From the IMG/VR virus record IMGVR_UViG_3300012665_000850, positions 1 to 49,186 of that record: a stretch of DNA of 49,186 bases. One strand, given 5' to 3'. Positions 1 through 8,606 of the stretch are shown here, one piece after another. The notes under the pieces are model-generated. The model saw only the letters and a program-made list of their open reading frames with translations. It did not search any database and was not told where the DNA came from. The stretch comes from a virus. Lineage: Duplodnaviria > Caudoviricetes. Both the position numbers and the translations under genes were made by a program. Position 1 is the stretch's first letter. Every line of letters begins with the position of its first letter.

Positions 1-1
1 C

Positions 2-1576
2 TTGTCAAAAACTCAAGAAACTCGTGTTCCTCAGTCACAATTTAACATTGATAAGCTAGACGGTACAGGACCATCACAGTACAATATTGACCTAGGCAAA
101 ATGCAGATGTTCTATATTGATTACACATGGTATGGTGCAGGTTTCGTAAGATGGGGCGTAAGAGGCCCAAAGGGTAACGTTGTTTACGTACACAAGATGC
201 CTAACAACAACGTTAATACAGAAGCGTACATGCGCTCAGGTAACTTGCCAGGACGCTATGAGTCAACAACTACACCATCTTACACATTTACAACAGCGGA
301 TGTTTTAACAACAGACTCAGCATTACAGGTTAAGAGCACAGCTGGATTCCCAGATTCTGGAACACTTGTTATTAGAAATGCTTCAACTTATGAGTATGTA
401 AACTATACTGGAAAGTCACAGACTACAGGTATCTATACAACTACTGCAGCTGGAACAGCTGGATTAGGAACAATAACAGTTGGTTCAAATACAGGACTAG
501 CAGTTGGAATGGCTGCAACTGGAACAGGAATTGGTTTCGGTGCACTTATTACAAATGTAAACGGAACAGTTATAACTTTGTCAGTTGCAAATACTTCAGC
601 TGTAAATGGAAACGTAACATTTAGCGGAGGAACAACAGTAGGATCCTTCACTGGACTAACAAGAGGCAAGGCAGGAGAAGCAAGCGTTTCTCTTACAATT
701 GCAGTTGGTTCAAATGGGGCTTCTGGAGTTACAACAACAAACTTACAGGTTGGAATGAGAGTAATATCTACAGCATTCCCAGAAGGCACATATATCTCAA
801 AGATTGTTGGCTCAGATGTCACTTTCTCACAAGCAGCACTTTCTGCAAACCCAACTGGAGTTATATTTGCCCCAATGGGTGCAACTTCAGCTCAATTATT
901 TACATATAGCTCAACAGCACCAACATGCGTAGAGCTTGCATTCCCATCATTCTCAGCATCAATATCACACTGGGGAACATCGGTAATCATGGATGGCCGC
1001 TTTGATGATGATAAATCACTCGTCTTTACATATGGACAGAGAACTTCAACATCTATTAACGCAAACTCATCAAAGGCACTCTTCTCAATTAGAGTTGCTC
1101 CTTCAGCAGACAATGGTGTTGCAGCAGCGTTTGGTGCAAGAGAGCTTGTAAATAGAATGCAGCTAACACTAAGAGCTCTTGATGTTACTACAGCTACAGC
1201 TAACGCTAATTTGCTCGTAACAGCAGTTCTTAATGGTACAGTAAGCTCATCAACCGCTTGGACAAATGCAGTTGGAAACGTAGCTGGTGCAGTTAACTCT
1301 TCACTAGCACAAATTGCAGACTATGCTGGTGGAACTACAACAGTATCTGGTGGAGAAACCACAGCAGGATTCTTCGTAGGTACTGGTGCAAACTCTGTTG
1401 ATCTAACACAGGTCCGTGATCTTGGTAACTCAATTCTAGGTGGCGGTGGAGCAAATGCTAACACCAACGTTTACCCAGATGGTCCAGATGTACTTACAAT
1501 TCAGGTAACAAACCTATCAGCAACAACTGCAGCAGTTGTGTTCGGTAGATTATCTTGGACAGAAGCTCAGGCATAA
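2..1576 (+). CDS. Virion structural / fibre-like protein, 5'-truncated by the window
   Basis: Open from the window edge. Gly/Thr/Ser/Ala-rich with two similar beta-rich modules (GLAVGMAATGTGI..LITNVNGTVITLS and NLQVGMRVISTAF..YISKIVGSDVTFS). The true start is probably upstream. Confidence 0.55.
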   Translation: MSKTQETRVPQSQFNIDKLDGTGPSQYNIDLGKMQMFYIDYTWYGAGFVRWGVRGPKGNVVYVHKMPNNNVNTEAYMRSGNLPGRYESTTTPSYTFTTADVLTTDSALQVKSTAGFPDSGTLVIRNASTYEYVNYTGKSQTTGIYTTTAAGTAGLGTITVGSNTGLAVGMAATGTGIGFGALITNVNGTVITLSVANTSAVNGNVTFSGGTTVGSFTGLTRGKAGEASVSLTIAVGSNGASGVTTTNLQVGMRVISTAFPEGTYISKIVGSDVTFSQAALSANPTGVIFAPMGATSAQLFTYSSTAPTCVELAFPSFSASISHWGTSVIMDGRFDDDKSLVFTYGQRTSTSINANSSKALFSIRVAPSADNGVAAAFGARELVNRMQLTLRALDVTTATANANLLVTAVLNGTVSSSTAWTNAVGNVAGAVNSSLAQIADYAGGTTTVSGGETTAGFFVGTGANSVDLTQVRDLGNSILGGGGANANTNVYPDGPDVLTIQVTNLSATTAAVVFGRLSWTEAQA

Positions 1577-1588
1577 GGATAGAATAAA

Positions 1589-2089
1589 TTGTCTATCAAT
1601 AAAGCTAAGGCCAACTATGACGATGCTCTTGAAGTAAAGTCTATAGTTGCTTCTGAGTCCGCAGGATTTAATGGTAACACCTCTTTGGCTGGAATTACAA
1701 ATGTGCTAGGAACGCTAGACCTTTCAAAAGGAACAGTATTTTTTGCAGATGGTATCCAGTCAAAGCAGGGTGTTCCATCAATAACTCAGATAAACATAAA
1801 AAACTTTAGCTATACTTTAGCTTCCTTAGATGATAGAGATAGTATTATTGAAATGAACAGTAGTTCTGCAAGCACATTAACTGTTCCACAAGATTCAGTT
1901 CTTAATTTTCCTATAGGAACATCAATAGATATAATTCAAACAAATACAGGACAGACTAATATTGTAGCTGCTCCTGGAGTAACAATTAATGCAACACCTG
2001 GCTTACAACTAAGAACACGCTGGTCTGTTGCAACATTATTTAAAAGAAACGCCAATAGCTGGCTGCTCTTTGGAGATTTAACAGCTTAA
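1589..2089 (+). CDS. Putative virion adaptor/fibre-associated domain protein; paralog of the N-terminus of 38159..39103
   Basis: TTG start. Shares [32 protein letters not shown] and WLL.GDL with the 38159 protein. Confidence 0.7.
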   Translation: MSINKAKANYDDALEVKSIVASESAGFNGNTSLAGITNVLGTLDLSKGTVFFADGIQSKQGVPSITQINIKNFSYTLASLDDRDSIIEMNSSSASTLTVPQDSVLNFPIGTSIDIIQTNTGQTNIVAAPGVTINATPGLQLRTRWSVATLFKRNANSWLLFGDLTA

Positions 2090-2101
2090 AGGAGAAAACA
2101 A

Positions 2102-3664
2102 ATGGGTAAAAAGTCTGGTAGAAAAGCCGATCAATTAGCTGGAGATTTTGATATACCAGTATCTCCAAACAAACCTACAGCAGTAGATGTAGGTACTAAT
2201 CGTCCATATAATAATGGATCAGCTGTTGTCTCTTTTACATATCCATCTGGAAATGCTCCAGCTTCTAGCTATACGGTTATATCTTCTCCAGGAGGATTTA
2301 CAGAAGTTGGAACTTCTAGTCCAATAACTATTATAGGACTTCAATCAGGAATTTCTTATACTTATACTGTAACTGCAACTAATTCAAATGGAACTTCAGA
2401 TCCTTCAGTGCCTTCTGACCCAGTAATTGCTACAACAGTTCCACAAGCACCTCTTAATCCTGGAGTAACATCTACAACTACTGGCCCAGGACATAGCCAG
2501 TCAGATTTACGTGGACAGGATGTTGTTTCATGGCTGGCTCCAGCTACTGGCGGTAAAAATTTAATTGATTATAGAGTTACATCTTCAGATACTGCAGTTC
2601 AACCAGGAGGACTTTCATCTCCATACACAGTAACTGCACCAACAATAACATTAGCTGTAAGAGAAACTATGGGAACAACACAAACCTATTCTATTACTGC
2701 TAGAAATGATAATGGGTCTTCTTTAGCAGCATTTGCTGGATCCGTCACTACATTCTTTTCTCCACCAGCTTTCTTCTCTCCACCATTATTCTTTACACCA
2801 CCGCTATTCTTTTCCCCACCGTTATTCTTTTCACCACCGTTATTTTTTTCACCACCATTATTTTTTTCACCACCATTATTCTTTTCACCACCGCTATTCT
2901 TTTCACCACCCACATTCTTTGGCCCTCCAGGGTTCTTCTCTCCACCAGCGTTTTTCTCCCCACCAGGGTTCTTTACTCCTCCAGGGTTCTTCTCTCCACC
3001 AGCGTTCTTTGGCCCTCCAGGGTTCTTCTCTCCACCAGCGTTTTTCTCCCCGCCTAGATTCTTTTCACCACCATCTTTCTTTTCACCGCCTAGATTCTTT
3101 TCACCACCTAGATTCTTCTCGCCACCTTCATTCTGTATTGTAGAAAATACTTTAGTGTTAACTACAGAAGGATATAAAAAAGCAAAAGATATCAAATCTG
3201 GTGACACATTAATAACTCTCTCATTTGATGATTTGCCGTTAGGAGACCCTAATTGCTCTGTTGGAAATGTTACAGATGAATGCATTGACATTGTTGATAA
3301 ATGGAACTCAAGCGGTTTACATAAAGTAAACTTCTTAGAGTCTAATGTTACAGATATAAAAGAAGCAATATATGAATCTTCTATATATTTTAATGACGAC
3401 ACATCAAAAGAACTATCTTTGTCAGAGCAGATACTTGTTAATAGAGATGAAAAGTTTACTTTTAAAACTACAGCTGAAATTGAAGTAGGAGATATTATAA
3501 TTTCTTATTTAGATAAAGAATTAATAGACATTGAAGTTAAATCTATTAATATTGTAGAAAAAGAAACAAAAGCATTCTTATTTTACAGAGAGCCATACGG
3601 TTTGATTATTGCAGACGGTATGCTTGCCTATAACGGCTGTCCATCAGCGTCCATTGACGCTTAA
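2102..3664 (+). CDS. Fibronectin type III-like domains + 21x FFxPPx repeat + C-terminal Hint-like domain
   Basis: SD AAGGAG upstream. FN3 signatures (GLQSGISYTYTVTATNSNGTS; YSITARNDNGSS). Repeat at 2753-3130. Hint-like block A CIVENTLVLTTEGYKKAKDIKSGD from Cys345 and terminal block IIADGMLAYN. Confidence 0.8.
   Translation: MGKKSGRKADQLAGDFDIPVSPNKPTAVDVGTNRPYNNGSAVVSFTYPSGNAPASSYTVISSPGGFTEVGTSSPITIIGLQSGISYTYTVTATNSNGTSDPSVPSDPVIATTVPQAPLNPGVTSTTTGPGHSQSDLRGQDVVSWLAPATGGKNLIDYRVTSSDTAVQPGGLSSPYTVTAPTITLAVRETMGTTQTYSITARNDNGSSLAAFAGSVTTFFSPPAFFSPPLFFTPPLFFSPPLFFSPPLFFSPPLFFSPPLFFSPPLFFSPPTFFGPPGFFSPPAFFSPPGFFTPPGFFSPPAFFGPPGFFSPPAFFSPPRFFSPPSFFSPPRFFSPPRFFSPPSFCIVENTLVLTTEGYKKAKDIKSGDTLITLSFDDLPLGDPNCSVGNVTDECIDIVDKWNSSGLHKVNFLESNVTDIKEAIYESSIYFNDDTSKELSLSEQILVNRDEKFTFKTTAEIEVGDIIISYLDKELIDIEVKSINIVEKETKAFLFYREPYGLIIADGMLAYNGCPSASIDA
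2753..3130 (+). repeat. 18-bp coding tandem repeat, 21 units of FF[S/T/G]PP[A/L/T/G/R/S]
   Basis: 378 nt = 126 codons = 21 hexapeptides, counted directly. Synonymous codons vary between units. Confidence 0.97.
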
Positions 3665-3682
3665 ATAACTAAATGCTATAGT
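3654..3682 (+). promoter_or_regulatory. Sigma70/SigA-type promoter, probably leaderless, for the oxygenase operon
   Basis: TTGACG (3654-3659), 17 nt, TATAGT (3677-3682) with extended TG. ATG at 3689 with no SD. Confidence 0.7.
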
Positions 3683-3688
3683 GTACTT

Positions 3689-4321
3689 ATGTACTCTAAA
3701 AAAGAAGAAGTATTTCATGGCATCTGGAAATATTCAGATGTTTTTACAGACGACCTTAATTTAATTAATAGAATTGAGTCTGAAGTAGAGAAAGAAGAGT
3801 TTTCTTGGAGAAAAGGAACTGTAGGCTTAGATGCTGAGTTTCCAGAGTATAGGGATTGCTACGACCTTAAACTAAGTAGACTTGGCAAGTCACATGAATT
3901 ATATCAAGATATATATAATGCACAAGTTCCCTGTGTAGATGATTATTGTTCAATGTATACTATTGAAATGAATTATTGGGAATGGACAAATATTGTAAAA
4001 TATGGGCCAGGACAACATTTTAAAGAGCATGCAGATCATGGCTGGTCTTATGTATCAACAGTTTCTTTGGTAGGATATCCTAATGATGATTACGAAGGTG
4101 GAGACCTTTATTTTCCAAAGTTAAATTTAAGATTTAAGCCAAAAGCTGGAGACCTATATATATTCCCATCAGCATATATATATTCACATATTGCAGAGCC
4201 AGTTATTTCTGGAACCAAGTATTGTTTTGCCACTATGCTTGACTATAATGATGATGCACATTCAAAAGAATTTGAAGAGTATTTAGATATAAAATATAAA
4301 AAAGAAAAGAGACTAATATAA
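3689..4321 (+). CDS. 2OG-Fe(II) oxygenase, prolyl 4-hydroxylase-like
   Basis: KYGPGQHFKEHAD, YPNDDYEGGDLYFP, YSHIAEPVISGTKY: HxD...H triad plus Lys. Confidence 0.88.
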   Translation: MYSKKEEVFHGIWKYSDVFTDDLNLINRIESEVEKEEFSWRKGTVGLDAEFPEYRDCYDLKLSRLGKSHELYQDIYNAQVPCVDDYCSMYTIEMNYWEWTNIVKYGPGQHFKEHADHGWSYVSTVSLVGYPNDDYEGGDLYFPKLNLRFKPKAGDLYIFPSAYIYSHIAEPVISGTKYCFATMLDYNDDAHSKEFEEYLDIKYKKEKRLI

Positions 4322-4983
4322 TGTTACCAAACGCCGAACTTCTTTACCCAGGTGTTATTGTATACAGAAATGTTTTTAACGGTTTAAACGTTATTGATAG
4401 ACTAGAAGAAGTTTTATCTAACGACTCCTATGAAGAAAAGTGGGATCAGGCCAGTACTGGTTATTCAAAAATAGACAAGTCTTATAGAGACTGTTGGGAT
4501 CACCATATTAAAAAGAATGTCTTTGACGATGAAGGTAAGCCAGAATCTCAATTAAAGCTAGAGTCTATTTGGCAAGACTGCAAGGATGCTCAGTACGCAG
4601 CCGTAGAAGATTATAGGTCTATGTTTAGCTTAGCTCCTTTAGGATATTGGGAGTCTTTTAATTTTATTAAGTACGGTCCAGGACAGCACTTCCAAGTACA
4701 CTCAGATCACGGGTATTCTTACATCTGTGTTCTTTCTTCTGTTGGTTACGTTAATGATGACTACGAAGGCGGTGAGCTTTACTTTGATAAGCTTGGTCTA
4801 AAGATAAAGCCACAGGCTGGAGACCTATATCTTTTCCCATCATCTTATATTTATTCTCACTCAGCAATGCCAGTAACAAACGGAGTTAAATATTCCGTTG
4901 TAACAATGCTAGATTATTCTTTGGCTCCACATTCTCCAGAATATCGTGAGATAGAACAAAAGTATAGATTAATTCACGAGTAA
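4321..4983 (+). CDS. 2OG-Fe(II) oxygenase, prolyl 4-hydroxylase-like; close paralog of 3689..4321
   Basis: KYGPGQHFQVHSD, YVNDDYEGGELYF, YSHSAMPVTNGVKY. TAATG coupling to the previous gene. Confidence 0.88.
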   Translation: MLPNAELLYPGVIVYRNVFNGLNVIDRLEEVLSNDSYEEKWDQASTGYSKIDKSYRDCWDHHIKKNVFDDEGKPESQLKLESIWQDCKDAQYAAVEDYRSMFSLAPLGYWESFNFIKYGPGQHFQVHSDHGYSYICVLSSVGYVNDDYEGGELYFDKLGLKIKPQAGDLYLFPSSYIYSHSAMPVTNGVKYSVVTMLDYSLAPHSPEYREIEQKYRLIHE

Positions 4984-4991
4984 GGTATAAC

Positions 4992-5702
4992 ATGATTAAC
5001 CTAGAAGTTTTCAGAACTGGCCCAGACTCAGCTAACATAGAGCCCTTGTCTGGTAAAAGACAATGGATGGACGAAAGCCAAGAAAAGCATGCATACAGAT
5101 GTTTTCCTTTAAGCTTAAGCAATCAATTAGGCTGGGCAATATCATTTCCAGAAGATATAACATTTATGTGGGATGGACAAATTACAACTTCTCCTGATAA
5201 TGTAAAGGTCTTACAAGGAGAAAAATATTGTAGCACTGGAAGAGGAAATGCTACTATTAGTTTTAATACTAACCTTACATTTAGAACAGATAAAAGCCAT
5301 AGCCTTCTTTCTTATCCAGCCCCAAATCATTTTGTAGATGGAGCAACACCGTTTACAACAATTATGAGCACTTCATTTTTTGAAGGACAGCTCCCAGTTT
5401 CTTGGAGAATTACTAGAGCCTTTCATCCAATAACAATTAAAGCAGGAGAACCAATTATTGCAGTAATGCCAATATCTTTAACAGATATTCATGGATCAAC
5501 GCTTTATATGAAGTCTCCAGATGACATGAAGCCAATTCATAGAGAAAAGCCACTGACTCTTGAAGGTGCAATTGAAGCTGGTAATAAGGCAGCTCTAAAT
5601 GGCGGTTGGACAGACTATTACCGAGATGCAGTAGACTACATGGGCAATAAATTAGGTGAGCATGAAGTAAAATCTATTAAGTTAAAGATAGAGGGAGCTT
5701 AA
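4992..5702 (+). CDS. DUF6065-like protein
   Basis: R.WMDE..EKHAYRCFPLSLSNQLGW and IKAGEPIIAVMP resemble DUF6065 as recalled; not searched. Confidence 0.6.
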   Translation: MINLEVFRTGPDSANIEPLSGKRQWMDESQEKHAYRCFPLSLSNQLGWAISFPEDITFMWDGQITTSPDNVKVLQGEKYCSTGRGNATISFNTNLTFRTDKSHSLLSYPAPNHFVDGATPFTTIMSTSFFEGQLPVSWRITRAFHPITIKAGEPIIAVMPISLTDIHGSTLYMKSPDDMKPIHREKPLTLEGAIEAGNKAALNGGWTDYYRDAVDYMGNKLGEHEVKSIKLKIEGA

Positions 5703-5703
5703 A

Positions 5704-6417
5704 ATTAATACAATAAGATTTTGGTCTAATCGGGTTAGCAATGATAATTCTACCGTTCCTCAGCCTACAAAAAAATTAGTTCCAGAATGGTTTGCAAGTG
5801 CAAATAAGTATTGGAAAGGCGAAGATGGAAAAGACTTTCAGGTAACTGAAGAAGAAAAAGGTTTAGGGTTTAAGGCTTGTCCAGCTTTACTAGATATATT
5901 TACTTCAGGTTATTTACTTGTTACTCCCTGCGATATAGTTATATATAAACAAAATGATGTTAAGCATGTAGTTTGTTCTCCTGGATTTGATGATTTTTGT
6001 GGCACAAGAGAATATATGGGCGGATTTGAATATCCAAAAGGATACGGCAAAGACTCCTTTCATTGGTATTTAAATTGGGGTTTTGATTTACCAGAGGGCT
6101 ATAGCGCATTAGTAATCCACCCAATAAATAGATTTGAGTTACCATTTTTAACAACAAGCGGTATAATTGATAGTGATAGATACAGCTTACCAGGACTTAT
6201 ACCATTTTTTGTAAAGGAAGATTTTACTGGTGTTATTCCTAAAGGAACTCCGTATGCACAGGTTATCCCTTTCAAAAGAGAAGACTGGAAAGCAGAATAC
6301 AAATTTTTAGAAGAAAAAGAAATGATTGAAAGATATGAAAAAGATGTTAAGATATACAGAGTTCCATTCGGTGGAGTATATAAAAAAAGAACATGGGCAA
6401 AGAAAAAGTATGAATAG
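5704..6417 (+). CDS. DUF6065-like/dUTPase-fold-like protein, probably starting at ATT (longer than the 6016..6417 track call)
   Basis: The frame is open from 5692 to 6417. SD-like GAGGGAG (5691-5697) precedes ATT at 5704. The upstream part reads ..KKLVPEWF..FKACPALLDIFTSGYLLVTPCDI..; the C-terminus has IPKGTPYAQVIPFKREDW. Confidence 0.7.
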   Translation: MNTIRFWSNRVSNDNSTVPQPTKKLVPEWFASANKYWKGEDGKDFQVTEEEKGLGFKACPALLDIFTSGYLLVTPCDIVIYKQNDVKHVVCSPGFDDFCGTREYMGGFEYPKGYGKDSFHWYLNWGFDLPEGYSALVIHPINRFELPFLTTSGIIDSDRYSLPGLIPFFVKEDFTGVIPKGTPYAQVIPFKREDWKAEYKFLEEKEMIERYEKDVKIYRVPFGGVYKKRTWAKKKYE

Positions 6418-6425
6418 AGGAAAAT

Positions 6426-7103
6426 ATGAATAACGATGTTAGCTGGGATGAAGGCATAAGAACAGCAAGAACCTCCATTACACCTTCAGGCTATTTTGGT
6501 AACAGCAAAGATAATATTGTAGAGCTTGAGAACATTATCACAGAAGAAGAATGTGAGTTCCTTTTAAACTTTGCCAAGACAAATACTATTTGGGATGTAA
6601 CAAGATCGGCAAAAAATGAGAACGGCAACGTCATATATGATGCCGATGTTTGGGCAAACAGAGTAGCAACAAAGCCTTCTTTAGATCAATGTGATCCAAA
6701 AGTAACAGAGATGCTAAAGGCTATCTATGATAGAATTAAGCCTCACTTAGAAAAGCATTTTAATGTTGAGTGCTACCCAACTGGCCCATGCGTTGTAAGA
6801 TGGCCAGTAGGATCAATGCAATGGCCTCACGCAGATAAAGAATTGCATGAAGGCCCAGATAAAGGAACACCAGGAAACTTTCCATGGTATGACCTAGGAA
6901 CGGTTATTTATTTTAACGATGATTACGAAGGTGGAAGACTACATTTTCCACAACATGATGTTGCTTTTAAACCAAAGAAAAGGGCAGCGTACTTTTTCCC
7001 AGGAGACAAAAATTACATTCATGGTGTAGATGTAATGACAGAAGGAACCAGATATACATCTCCGTTATTCTGGACTATTACAAAATTGGAAGCAGATAAA
7101 TAA
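6426..7103 (+). CDS. 2OG-Fe(II) oxygenase, prolyl hydroxylase-like
   Basis: WPHADK, YFNDDYEGGRLHFP, YIHGVDVMTEGTRYT (Arg type). Confidence 0.88.
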   Translation: MNNDVSWDEGIRTARTSITPSGYFGNSKDNIVELENIITEEECEFLLNFAKTNTIWDVTRSAKNENGNVIYDADVWANRVATKPSLDQCDPKVTEMLKAIYDRIKPHLEKHFNVECYPTGPCVVRWPVGSMQWPHADKELHEGPDKGTPGNFPWYDLGTVIYFNDDYEGGRLHFPQHDVAFKPKKRAAYFFPGDKNYIHGVDVMTEGTRYTSPLFWTITKLEADK

Positions 7104-7897
7104 TGTCAAACTTTACAGTAAATACTTTATATCCAAAGATAGATGTGTATAAGGGATTGCTCCCATTAAACAAAGAAATATTTGAAGTTATTAAAAGCAC
7201 AGAAGATAACACTGGAGAGCATTACTTTAATCCATGGACTCCATGGGCTTCTTTTGGTCAATACTCCTCAACTAAATTTAGAGATGCTATGCAGGATAGA
7301 CGTGGTCAGGACGAGACTTTTGATAAGCAATACTGGGCAGCAGAAGCAGTTTACGATGCATATAAGATTGCAGTAGATGATTATATTGAAAGAAATAATG
7401 TTGAGCTACCAGAAGGATCGGCTCTGGGGTCATCTTCATTTTGTAAGTACCATAGTAATTTAGATGTGCTTAATAATCAGCTAACAATGCAGTATCATAC
7501 AGATTTTAAAAGAGTTGAAAAAGACATGCCAGGAAATCAATTCTTTTTAACATGCACAGTTTACATAAATGATGATTACGATGGCGGAGACATCATGTTT
7601 TACGTAGATGGAGATCACTTATCTTACAAGCCAGAAGCTGGAGATATAATGGTCTTTCCTTCAGGAGAGCCATATTATCATGGAGTTAAAACAGCAACAA
7701 ATGGCACAAAGTATTTAATAAGAAACTTTATGATTTACCCAAACCCTGGCTCTAAAGAATGGTTAGAAAACCAAGCACGTTATGGGGCAGTAAAATGGGC
7801 AAAGATGGAAGAAGAAAGACTTGCTGCAGCAAAATATGGCGGTAACGTTTTTATTAAAGACGGCAAGCTAGTAGATAGTCCAACAGAAGGAGAATAA
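7103..7897 (+). CDS. 2OG-Fe(II) oxygenase, prolyl hydroxylase-like
   Basis: MQYHTD, YINDDYDGGDIMF, YYHGVKTATNGTKY. TAATG coupling. Confidence 0.88.
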   Translation: MSNFTVNTLYPKIDVYKGLLPLNKEIFEVIKSTEDNTGEHYFNPWTPWASFGQYSSTKFRDAMQDRRGQDETFDKQYWAAEAVYDAYKIAVDDYIERNNVELPEGSALGSSSFCKYHSNLDVLNNQLTMQYHTDFKRVEKDMPGNQFFLTCTVYINDDYDGGDIMFYVDGDHLSYKPEAGDIMVFPSGEPYYHGVKTATNGTKYLIRNFMIYPNPGSKEWLENQARYGAVKWAKMEEERLAAAKYGGNVFIKDGKLVDSPTEGE

Positions 7898-7898
7898 A

Positions 7899-8606
7899 AT
7901 GGATATTGTTCAATTAAGAGAAGACATTTGGGTAGTTGATAATTTAATTACAGAATCAGAATGTCAGTCAATAATTAATTATTTAGATGGCATAGTAAAT
8001 GCAAATCTTTTAGAGTGGAATCAAATTTCATTCTACGGTTCTTTTGCAATGGGATATTGGCCAAGAGATCCAAATCTTCTAATGTTTGGTTTGCCAGAAG
8101 ACTACTTTGCACAGCTTAAAGAAAAAATTAAGAAGGCTAGCGAAGAGTGCCTTGGGCGTGAACTTTCAGAAGTAAGTTATCATGCTCAAAAATGGGTAGA
8201 AGGGGCATTTGCATCATTCCATTCAGATAATACTCATGAAGACGGATCGCCAAGCGCCTTCTATAGAAGTAAGTACGCAGGATTCCTTTATTTAAATGAT
8301 AACTTTGACGGTGGTATGCTAAACTTTAAAAACTTTGATGTTACAGTAAAAGCAAAACCAGGCAGATATGCATTCTTTAGAGGTGGGCATGGAAACGAAC
8401 ATGAAGTTACCACTGTGAGAAATGGAGAAAGATATACAGTTGGATCATTCTGGGATAATGCAGATGAAACATATAATGAAGAACTTTTAGCCTTATGGGA
8501 AAAAGAACTTAAACAAACAAGAGAAGATCAAGAAAGAACTTATGCTCAATGGGCAGAAGATAAGAAAAAGGGAATAGAACCTCAGCATAAGGGTAAATAT
8601 GATTAA
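7899..8606 (+). CDS. 2OG-Fe(II) oxygenase, prolyl hydroxylase-like
   Basis: SFHSDN, YLNDNFDGGMLNF, EHEVTTVRNGERYT (Arg type). Confidence 0.88.
   Translation: MDIVQLREDIWVVDNLITESECQSIINYLDGIVNANLLEWNQISFYGSFAMGYWPRDPNLLMFGLPEDYFAQLKEKIKKASEECLGRELSEVSYHAQKWVEGAFASFHSDNTHEDGSPSAFYRSKYAGFLYLNDNFDGGMLNFKNFDVTVKAKPGRYAFFRGGHGNEHEVTTVRNGERYTVGSFWDNADETYNEELLALWEKELKQTREDQERTYAQWAEDKKKGIEPQHKGKYD

Noticed and set aside
2087-2104. Readthrough fusion of 1589..2089 with 2102..3664
   Set aside because: They are in frame, but the stop is TAA and a strong AAGGAG SD precedes ATG 2102, so independent initiation is simpler.
2733-3143. His-rich alternative-frame ORF, and the antisense GGEKN-repeat ORF 2686..3402
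   Set aside because: Both are shadows of the FFxPPx repeat. Only the FFxPP frame has invariant residues with synonymous variation and flanking domains.
3134-3634. Mobile splicing intein with homing endonuclease
   Set aside because: No endonuclease insert, no +1 Cys/Ser/Thr, and only 9 residues follow; treated as a Hint-like domain.
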